Shown here one piece after another: positions 56,726 to 64,000 of a stretch of DNA of 64,000 nucleotides. The stretch covers positions 1-64,000 of IMG/VR virus record IMGVR_UViG_3300005546_000001; one strand, given 5' to 3'. Position numbers and translations under genes: made by a program. The DNA is from a virus. Lineage: Duplodnaviria > Caudoviricetes. The notes beneath the pieces were generated by a model. That model was not told the DNA's origin, searched no databases, and worked only from the letters and a program-made list of their open reading frames with translations. The first letter of the stretch is position 1. Each line of letters starts with the position of its first letter.

Positions 56726-57396
56726 TCTGCTCCTACCAACCCGTATTCGTGTGAAACTATTTTAGTTACAGGATCAATATCAATTATAATCGGTTTATGG
56801 GCTACGTTGTAGCGATCATCTAAAATCGCTGCGTTTATGAACGTTGTTCCGTTTATATCTCGAACCCCATATCCAGCATGAAGGTGCCCAAAGCAATGAA
56901 CTTTTGGTTTTACTTGCTGGACTCTTTCCAACAAATCTTCGCAACCAGCCCGCATATTTCCATACTGTGAATAATCTAGAATTCCAAATGGGGGACCGTG
57001 AGTAATCAGTACGTCTATGTCCGATGGAATCCATCGCCATTTGTCTCTAAGTGGCTGGCCCCTATCTAGATTGAACGCCCAGTCAAAAAAGCGCGGTTGC
57101 CACGGACTCCCATAGAACTTTACCCCATCTATTACAACTTCAGAGTCTTCCAGATATCTGGCATTTGTAATTAACGACTTTGCAAGATATGAATTTTTCT
57201 CAAAGAGCCAATCATGATTTCCGGCTATAACAATCTTTTTTTTCCCCGGTTGTTTTCCCAACCATTCATTAACCGCATTGATTTCAAACACGTCTCCCTT
57301 CATTGTCATGTCACCACAATGAATTAAAACATCACATTCAGGAATTACAATCCCTGTTCTACGGCAGTGCGTATCTGAAATGATACAGATTCTCAT
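56722..57396 (-). CDS. calcineurin-like metallophosphoesterase
   Basis: SDTH, HCGD, GNHD, THGPP, FGHLH. Confidence 0.9.
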   Translation of the reverse strand: MRICIISDTHCRRTGIVIPECDVLIHCGDMTMKGDVFEINAVNEWLGKQPGKKKIVIAGNHDWLFEKNSYLAKSLITNARYLEDSEVVIDGVKFYGSPWQPRFFDWAFNLDRGQPLRDKWRWIPSDIDVLITHGPPFGILDYSQYGNMRAGCEDLLERVQQVKPKVHCFGHLHAGYGVRDINGTTFINAAILDDRYNVAHKPIIIDIDPVTKIVSHEYGLVGAE

Positions 57397-57578
57397 GGCT
57401 TTGCTGTATAAGGATACTTCTCCTCATACTCCTTTGTTACTTGATCACAAATACAATGTCGAGCGCAGTGTGCGCAGTAGCAGCACAATTCTACATCTCG
57501 ACAAGTACATGTTATCATATTTGCTGTATTGATTGAACCCCCATATGGGGCCGAACAGCATTTACAAAATGGCCTCAT
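57393..57578 (-). CDS. small Cys-rich protein
   Basis: ten Cys in 61 aa; overlaps neighbours. Confidence 0.5.
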   Translation of the reverse strand: MRPFCKCCSAPYGGSINTANMITCTCRDVELCCYCAHCARHCICDQVTKEYEEKYPYTAKP

Positions 57579-57856
57579 TAAAATCGTCCATCCCCGCTTG
57601 TTACAAATTTCTTCATATATTCTTCGTATCCTTTCCAGAATTCATCGTGGCACGAGCAATTACATCCACCAATACAAAGTTCATCCTTATCTTCTGAACC
57701 ACATTTCATACAGTATGCTCCGGGCCACCCACTCCACCAATGTTCCGTAAGTTTTTCACCATGTAGACTTTTATTAGCCGGACAGTCTATTTTTTCCAAT
57801 TGATAACAAGTTGGAATATGTTCCATTATCGTTCTCACCTTCTTGTCTTCGCCCAC
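57578..57856 (-). CDS. Cys-rich hypothetical protein
   Basis: HWWSGWPGAYCMKCG. Confidence 0.6.
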   Translation of the reverse strand: MGEDKKVRTIMEHIPTCYQLEKIDCPANKSLHGEKLTEHWWSGWPGAYCMKCGSEDKDELCIGGCNCSCHDEFWKGYEEYMKKFVTSGDGRF

Positions 57857-58308
57857 TCTGCGCCAATTAAATCTCCCAAAGCTAAATAAATCGTCTGGAG
57901 TCTTGTCTTGAGTGCTTTTCTCTGTTCTACTCCCGCTGTAGAGTAGTGATTCGCGGCGTTCTCAGCCCATTTAAGACACTTTGAGAAAGAAACCAAGGAA
58001 TGAGTCCCCCCAGATACTCTCGGGCCTCTAGAAGCCACCCAATCAATTCCCGCCGATCTCACGCAGATGTCCAAAACCGTATCCGGAAGTCCCGAAATCT
58101 CACCCCAATCTTTAGCAGTCTTTACAGCGAAACTAAATTCAGAGTCAATTTCTGATTCTAAAGCAGTTGGCCTATCTCGTAAATAATCTTCTTGTAAAAG
58201 CCGATCCAGTGCTTGTGCTGGAGACTTGAATGTTCGCTGTCGGCGCGAGTCCGAGAGTTGTTTAGCTAGCGCGACGTGTTCTACTAATTTAGTTTCTAAT
58301 ACGTTCAT
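57835..58308 (-). CDS. hypothetical protein
   Basis: ORF in operon. Confidence 0.6.
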   Translation of the reverse strand: MNVLETKLVEHVALAKQLSDSRRQRTFKSPAQALDRLLQEDYLRDRPTALESEIDSEFSFAVKTAKDWGEISGLPDTVLDICVRSAGIDWVASRGPRVSGGTHSLVSFSKCLKWAENAANHYSTAGVEQRKALKTRLQTIYLALGDLIGAEWAKTRR

Positions 58309-58432
58309 GAATAATGCCCGCAAGATTTGCATGTTTCTCTATCTGAACTACTTCTTATACTTTCATTTTCCATATAATCTGCCGCATATGAGTGGCATCT
58401 ACATTTACACCAAGTTGGTTTATCTTCCTCTG

Positions 58433-59290
58433 TCATTCTAAATAAAACTCCTGTACTTTATAATCTTTATTCAAATCTATCTGGCGAATATCTTTGTAAA
58501 CACTTCTTTCATTCATTTCGGGCTCGCTCATATTTTCTAGCTGAGCAATTTTTTCTTCTAGAGTTCCTTCCGGTTCTCGCCCAGCGCGGTGGTAGCTGTA
58601 GAATCCTGCGTGATATGCTCGGGGGACATTTGAGTAAAAAACCTCGTAGTTGTTCTTTTCGATTATTCTGGCTATCAAACCATCTTGTTCTGGAAATAAA
58701 CTCCTATACCGTGAATTCGGAAACATCATTTTCAAATACCCAGCCATGTCTTCAAAATACTCTGGAACGTTGTGAACTAAAATTTCCCGAACTGAATCAA
58801 GTGGAAATGAAACCCCAAGACTCTGATAATCTTGGCAAAGGTAAACAAGCGCCGGATCTTGCTTGGGTTCATAGGTTCGAAACTGATTCCTGCACAGACT
58901 GAGCGCCCACGGTTTAAACTGTTGGTGGATTTTCTCTGCACTGCTAAAATAGTCGGCGCCTACCCAAACATCTTCTTCTATCAAGTGTAGAACTTCTACG
59001 CCACAATGTTCTGCAAGCCACAGCCCTCGCGCCAGTCCAGTTAAAATATTATCGGAATTCCCTATCCCCCTGCGTTCCATAGCTACGGAAACAGAGCTAC
59101 TAAATCCAGGACAAAAAGCACCACCCCGTTCAAAATCCCCAAACGTTTCCCAATTTTCTTCGTCTGGTTCTTTATCAAAGGATAAATGATACCGATTTTC
59201 TTTCCACCCACCAGCTAGCATAATTCGGCGAATTGCTAAAATTAGCATCTCCGGTCGGCGCCAAGCTGGAATAACTACAACAGAGTTCAT
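58433..59290 (-). CDS. GT-A fold glycosyltransferase
   Basis: VIPAWRRPE.L, LIEEDV, EQDG, RAYHAG. Confidence 0.75.
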   Translation of the reverse strand: MNSVVVIPAWRRPEMLILAIRRIMLAGGWKENRYHLSFDKEPDEENWETFGDFERGGAFCPGFSSSVSVAMERRGIGNSDNILTGLARGLWLAEHCGVEVLHLIEEDVWVGADYFSSAEKIHQQFKPWALSLCRNQFRTYEPKQDPALVYLCQDYQSLGVSFPLDSVREILVHNVPEYFEDMAGYLKMMFPNSRYRSLFPEQDGLIARIIEKNNYEVFYSNVPRAYHAGFYSYHRAGREPEGTLEEKIAQLENMSEPEMNERSVYKDIRQIDLNKDYKVQEFYLE

Positions 59291-59463
59291 TCATCCTCCA
59301 GCGGATTTTCAAAAGTCCATTGAGAAACTCCATTAATTCTATAATCATCAAATTCTTTACCATCCCAAGATTGATCGTAAACCCATCTATCGAACTGATT
59401 TTTTTCATTTGATGGAATTAGATAGTTGTGCCCATCATCGTCTCTGACAAATCTGTATCTCAT
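59287..59463 (-). CDS. 58-aa hypothetical protein (missing from ORF track)
   Basis: MRYRFVRDDDGHNYLIP...TFENPLEDE; ATGA overlaps at both ends. Confidence 0.65.
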   Translation of the reverse strand: MRYRFVRDDDGHNYLIPSNEKNQFDRWVYDQSWDGKEFDDYRINGVSQWTFENPLEDE

Positions 59464-60005
59464 TCACCATCCTCAAACGTTTCAATCGGCCCTTCTATAG
59501 CTGGATGTCGCAGCTTCACCAGCGTTTTTGGTGGCTTTTTAGTTAGTGGCCTTTTTGTTAAAGGCAGTCTCGCAATTCTTTTGTTTTTTAGTTTTTCTTT
59601 TCTGCGTTCCTTCTTATCTACCATTCTCTGTTCCTTCGCTTCTTCTCTCAGCCGACGATTTTCCTGTCGCTGAAGTTCTCGCTCTCTATCTTCTTGGATT
59701 TGTTCCGGTGTCTTTTTGGTATTCGATGGGCGCTTACCCATGTTTGCTCGTGCTGATGGCGGCGCTTTAATTGTTCTGAGCGTCAACCCAACCACACCGC
59801 CACGTATCCCAGCAACCTGAAAGATACACTGCTTCCACGGTAGCAACTCCCCAATCGATATAAGCCGTTTAAGATAAATATCTACTTGCGTAGCAATCGC
59901 TTCTTCCGCAATAGGCCCGCCCTGTAGTCTGGATGGCTGAGCGAGTTCGTCCGGCTGATGTTCTACTAACTCGTCCAGTAATTCTTTTTCTTCTGGAGCA
60001 ATCAT
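59460..60005 (-). CDS. hypothetical protein with basic C-terminus
   Basis: ORF in operon. Confidence 0.6.
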   Translation of the reverse strand: MIAPEEKELLDELVEHQPDELAQPSRLQGGPIAEEAIATQVDIYLKRLISIGELLPWKQCIFQVAGIRGGVVGLTLRTIKAPPSARANMGKRPSNTKKTPEQIQEDRERELQRQENRRLREEAKEQRMVDKKERRKEKLKNKRIARLPLTKRPLTKKPPKTLVKLRHPAIEGPIETFEDGE

Positions 60006-60208
60006 TTCTTTTCCCCTAACTTTCTACGCAAGTCTCCATTTTCTCGCAGGAGTTCTATAATCCGTTTATCACGCCCTTCCATCGACTCGCGGAACCTTTG
60101 ATTTTCAAGCCACAAATAATGTAAAAAACAGTCAGCTTCGTTATTGTACGCGCCAGTGCCGAATTTTTTCACATACTCTGTAATAGCTGGAATCAAACTT
60201 TCGTCCAT
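60002..60208 (-). CDS. hypothetical protein
   Basis: ORF in operon. Confidence 0.55.
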   Translation of the reverse strand: MDESLIPAITEYVKKFGTGAYNNEADCFLHYLWLENQRFRESMEGRDKRIIELLRENGDLRRKLGEKK

Positions 60209-60209
60209 T

Positions 60210-60605
60210 CTATTCTTCTGTAAATTTATCTCTACTCAACCAAACAAGCATTCTATCTGGTTTAATAATATAGCATTCATCCGGATCAGTTGGGTCAAGT
60301 CGTACTTCTGCTGAAAAGTGGTCCCATGTCAGCCCTTTCCCATTTGCTTCGGCTTTATCAAATCGAGATTTAACAAATTGCAAATAATCCTCTGCTAAAA
60401 TAATCCCATGAAGTTCGGCAAGATCTTTTATAGAGCATACTTGTTCTTCTGGTCGAAATAAAATAAGTGGAAAAATTCCTATTTCATTAGCAGGACCGAT
60501 ATACTCTGTAGTTTCTTCTTTTGTTATAGAAGACTTTGGAGCTTTCTTAGCAATTCTTTCTTGAAATACTTTATCTGTCTCTGCTTCTAATTTTTTGTAG
60601 TCCAC
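60210..60605 (-). CDS. hypothetical protein
   Basis: ORF in operon. Confidence 0.6.
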   Translation of the reverse strand: MDYKKLEAETDKVFQERIAKKAPKSSITKEETTEYIGPANEIGIFPLILFRPEEQVCSIKDLAELHGIILAEDYLQFVKSRFDKAEANGKGLTWDHFSAEVRLDPTDPDECYIIKPDRMLVWLSRDKFTEE

Positions 60606-60761
60606 TATTTTACCAACCTATCTTCAAAATCTTGTTTGATGTAAGACTCAAGATATCTTGCTCGCTCTTGAAGCGCCGCCGATTTATGCCGCCGTAGCCA
60701 TTCAATTTCTTCTTGTACTATTCGACGCCAATCAATTCCTTCGTACATTATTTTAACTCCT

Positions 60762-61532
60762 TTATTCAATTCTGTCTAGTGAATAATATGGATGACTCTT
60801 TAAATCTTCTGGCAAAAGTTCTTTGTTAAACGGCTGCGGAGTCCAGAATCCAACGCAAGTAGGATGTACATCTACAATCCCCGGTTTCCAATCCAGGAAT
60901 TTATCCTGATACCAGTCACCACGCCATTCGTCAAAGTGTCCGTGAATTTGGATTTTGTACTCAATATCTTTTGGTTTTCTAGCATACCCAAAATGCCAGA
61001 TATCCGGATACTCAGGTAAAGCTGAAAATGGAGAGTAAATAATTTCTTCAGATGGCGCCCCTACTCTAACAATCCTGTCCTGCATCATCGGGTCGGTACA
61101 CGCCCAGTTAAAAGATCTCCAAAAATTCGTCATTCGGACTTTGTACCACTTCTTTTCTGGCATCGATTGCATCAGCGCGATTCCAGATTGAAGATTTTTT
61201 GCATCCCAAACCTCGTCGGCGTCTACTACAACAATTAAATCTCCGTGTTTTGTGTAGTTATAAATTTCATCTCTATGTTGTCCTTCGTTATCCCACCGCC
61301 CTTCCACCAACCGGAGTTTATTAAGAACGGATGGCCCGGAATTCAAAATTGTTTCTCTCATCTGCTCTGGGGAGTCTGGACAAACTAAATTAGTCGGCGT
61401 ACCGTGACTTGGCTGACTGGCAAGCATGACGTAAATCTCGTCTACAAATGGCGCTACAGAACGCAGCGCGTAGCTAATATAGTCAGCCCCATAGTGAACA
61501 ATTGTCAGAGAAACTATTTTACCCATGTCCAT
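60762..61532 (-). CDS. GT2-like glycosyltransferase
   Basis: LRSV..FVDEI, VVDADE, HFGYA. Confidence 0.8.
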   Translation of the reverse strand: MDMGKIVSLTIVHYGADYISYALRSVAPFVDEIYVMLASQPSHGTPTNLVCPDSPEQMRETILNSGPSVLNKLRLVEGRWDNEGQHRDEIYNYTKHGDLIVVVDADEVWDAKNLQSGIALMQSMPEKKWYKVRMTNFWRSFNWACTDPMMQDRIVRVGAPSEEIIYSPFSALPEYPDIWHFGYARKPKDIEYKIQIHGHFDEWRGDWYQDKFLDWKPGIVDVHPTCVGFWTPQPFNKELLPEDLKSHPYYSLDRIE

Positions 61533-61849
61533 GAGTTCTCATTTTTTCAAGAATCTCGGCAACCGCTCTAATTACAGCTAAAGTTTGTCTGGAACCAATC
61601 TGCGGTTTTTCTTTTTCACTAATTCCTTCTCCGTATAGTTCATCGTAAATCATTTCTAGATGTTCATTAGAGCGTTTTAACAGACTTTCAGCAGTTATCA
61701 TATCGTTACCCCAAACTCCAACAGAATAGTTTGAAACTCCATCCATTCAAACTCATCGTAGGATTTTGTTTTTTCAGCTTTTCTTTTTAACCCGTAGAAA
61801 ATCGCCGAAGCGCGGTCTAGCAGTTCAGCTTTGTATTCTTTTTGTGTTT

Positions 61850-62431
61850 TCATAATTCTCCTAAAGCTACACGAATGTCTTTGCCATCGATTGCATTTCC
61901 AACACAAGTCCATCCATCTCGCTGTCTTGTCGCGAACATTTCAAGTCGGGTTGCATTCGGATACATCCTCTCGATTCTATCTTGAACTTCTTCTGGCTTT
62001 TGGCTGTGCTTTCCTCGCGGTGCAAAAACTACTTGTTGTATCATACACTCAGTTGGGCGCATTGAACCTCGAACTCCAAGCAAAACATCTTCCGAGTTTG
62101 AAGCTGTGTAATATCCCGGATTGTAAATCAAACTTTCGTCTTTTGTCAATTTAATCCAAGTAAATGCTTTTGTAGCATACCTAAATTCCCATGCTTCAAA
62201 TACTTTAAAAGCTATATTTAATTTTGGCGGAACAGTCCAAAGAAATAATGCACAATTCTCAGCGCTCACTTTGTCCACAAGTGATGATAGTTCAAAAATT
62301 TCTTCGTCTGGCATCAAGTTGTAGTATTTTTCCGCGCCCCCACCAAACTTAGTTTTGTTTCTTCTTTCTCCCCCGGCCTTACGGCTATTATATTTCCAGG
62401 GCAAATCGACACATAGGACATCATATTTCAA
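61850..62431 (-). CDS. MT-A70 family adenine methyltransferase
   Basis: DLPW (DPPW variant), LFLW, FTWIK, HSQKP, EMFA. Confidence 0.85.
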   Translation of the reverse strand: MKYDVLCVDLPWKYNSRKAGGERRNKTKFGGGAEKYYNLMPDEEIFELSSLVDKVSAENCALFLWTVPPKLNIAFKVFEAWEFRYATKAFTWIKLTKDESLIYNPGYYTASNSEDVLLGVRGSMRPTECMIQQVVFAPRGKHSQKPEEVQDRIERMYPNATRLEMFATRQRDGWTCVGNAIDGKDIRVALGEL

Positions 62432-62664
62432 TGTTTTGTTAACCCCAATTTACTGATTTGCATAATAGCCGTGTTTGTTTTATTAAACTCAGCTTCTATG
62501 TTGTTTGCCATGTTAAAAATCATGTGCTCAATCGCAAGCGCCAGTGCCCTTATTTCATTACTTTGAATCTTCGGTGCTGGTGACTCCGGTAAAACCGGCG
62601 GATCGATTTCCGCGAGATACTTGTCTGCTAGCTTTAAAAGTTCCGATTCTACTTCTTTGCTCAT
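62428..62664 (-). CDS. hypothetical protein
   Basis: GAGG RBS, ATGA overlap. Confidence 0.55.
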   Translation of the reverse strand: MSKEVESELLKLADKYLAEIDPPVLPESPAPKIQSNEIRALALAIEHMIFNMANNIEAEFNKTNTAIMQISKLGLTKH

Positions 62665-62824
62665 TCTTCATCCTCACCTAAATCCCAATTTTTCGGAAGG
62701 TCTTTTCCAGTTTTTTCTTTGAATCGTTTGTTCATCCAAAAAATTATATCATCATCTGCTGGACCAAAATCTGCATTTTGCCTAAACCATTTTAGATATT
62801 CAAGTTCAGTTGCTCTTTCTTTGC

Positions 62825-63067
62825 TCATACTCTTACTCCCAATCTATTCAGGACTGCCATCAATTCGCCCCATAACTTTTTATCATAACTCTGCGGGCGT
62901 TCTCCGTCTCCCCTAGCTACACCCCAAAGTTTGTGAAACAGTTGTCGGGCTAGTTGCTGATCTTTAACAAGTTCCTCAAATCCACCACAGCCATCTGTGC
63001 TAGTTACTTTGGGAAATAACTCATCTATTTCTTGTTGGATCACTTGGCCTCCTGGAGTTTTTGCCAC
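62825..63067 (-). CDS. hypothetical protein
   Basis: LFHKLW...YDKKLW. Confidence 0.55.
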   Translation of the reverse strand: MAKTPGGQVIQQEIDELFPKVTSTDGCGGFEELVKDQQLARQLFHKLWGVARGDGERPQSYDKKLWGELMAVLNRLGVRV

Positions 63068-63699
63068 TCTTTTTTGTCGCTTTCAATAATCGAATTTATT
63101 TCTGGATTCGCAGCGCCTACTACGCTAAGCTGGTGATAAGCTAGCAAATCTTTCATTATCGTAATTTTCCATCCAGCATCTTTCAGTGTTTCAAACATGT
63201 ATTGGTCGCCAAACCAGTGCTTCAAGGTATTTGGAATCGGATACACAATCTCCGCTGCCTTTCGGGGGAGAAAACTAAAAAACCCCATGACCCCGCCTAC
63301 TGCGTGCTCTACATTTTCGATATCTGGCTTTCCTTGCAGAACTTCTCCAGTGTACAAATTCGGAACCAAGACTTCGTTTGGATACTTCGCTATCCGCGCC
63401 AGAATCGTTTCATACCAAAAAGGTGGCAGAGCAGCGTCTGTTCCAAGCCCTATTATATCATATCCATCGCTTAACCCACAATGTAGTATCTGATTCCACG
63501 CACGATTACAGTGCATGTTCTCTTGATTTACAATAATCGAGATTTTTCCAGCAAACTCATCTCGCAGCAGTGCCTTGATGTTTGCGTCTGCTCCGTTGTC
63601 AACTACTAATATAGTCGCCGGAGTATTTATCAGAGAATTAAGGCAGCCCCGCAATAAATCGTGCAGCCGAAATGCCGGTAAACCAACTAAAACACGCAT
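63040..63699 (-). CDS. GT2-like glycosyltransferase
   Basis: CL.SL, VVDNG, N....RAWN, WFGD. Confidence 0.8.
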   Translation of the reverse strand: MRVLVGLPAFRLHDLLRGCLNSLINTPATILVVDNGADANIKALLRDEFAGKISIIVNQENMHCNRAWNQILHCGLSDGYDIIGLGTDAALPPFWYETILARIAKYPNEVLVPNLYTGEVLQGKPDIENVEHAVGGVMGFFSFLPRKAAEIVYPIPNTLKHWFGDQYMFETLKDAGWKITIMKDLLAYHQLSVVGAANPEINSIIESDKKEWQKLQEAK

Positions 63700-63966
63700 T
63701 TAAACCAAATATCCATAGTGTGGAAATATGCCAACCGCTATTATTTCATTTTTTGGTATCTCTACATCTGGATAGCTCTTTCCTATCCCATTGGACTTCC
63801 CCATAATTCTAAAATTAGTATATCCATCATTTGGATCAATCCAGCCATGAATAATTCGCCAATCTTGCATACTATGTTTGTGAGTAAGAATTAATATCTC
63901 GCGATATGAACCGGATGATAGAGAATTAACAGGAACCCATTCTATTGCATGAGGAATCTGATTCAT
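63700..63966 (-). CDS. hypothetical protein
   Basis: AGGA RBS. Confidence 0.55.
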   Translation of the reverse strand: MNQIPHAIEWVPVNSLSSGSYREILILTHKHSMQDWRIIHGWIDPNDGYTNFRIMGKSNGIGKSYPDVEIPKNEIIAVGIFPHYGYLV

Positions 63967-64000
63967 TATTTTTTCCTATTTGAAACTATTAATAGTATTC

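Noticed and set aside
1-64000. Stop-codon reassignment
   Set aside because: TAA, TAG and TGA all end genes at tight junctions and long ORFs are intact in the standard code. The single in-frame TAA in the HNH looks like a nonsense mutation.

Overview
This window is part of a large tailed-phage (siphovirus-like) genome. Positions 1-2900 are visibly more GC-rich and hold leftward early-type genes. They are followed by a non-coding stretch packed with sigma54-like boxes. Positions ~5200-46400 form a rightward late region: TerS candidate, a TerL split into two genes, portal, a prohead protease fused to an AAA+ ATPase, scaffold, major capsid, neck, tail tube, a 1854-aa tape measure, tail tip/fibre and accessory virion proteins, then a phosphatase, ClpP-like protease and exonuclease. 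Positions 46490-52080 are an array of 31 tRNA genes covering all 20 amino acids, plus a truncated tRNA-Gly, a circularly permuted tRNA-like (YrlA/Y-RNA-like) element and several unexplained structured spacers. Positions 52085-54610 carry an HNH gene and a membrane-protein (lysis-like) cluster containing a stand-alone PAS domain. Positions 54603-64000 are a convergent leftward operon with a macrodomain, methyltransferases, three glycosyltransferases and a phosphoesterase. The most unusual observations are: seven tRNAs with C at the near-invariant U33; the protease-AAA+ fusion; six sigma54-like boxes in ~440 bp; the permuted tRNA mimic; a long-variable-arm tRNA with a UAU anticodon; and a FixL-like PAS protein among putative lysis genes. 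All calls come from reading motifs by eye; no searches were run.
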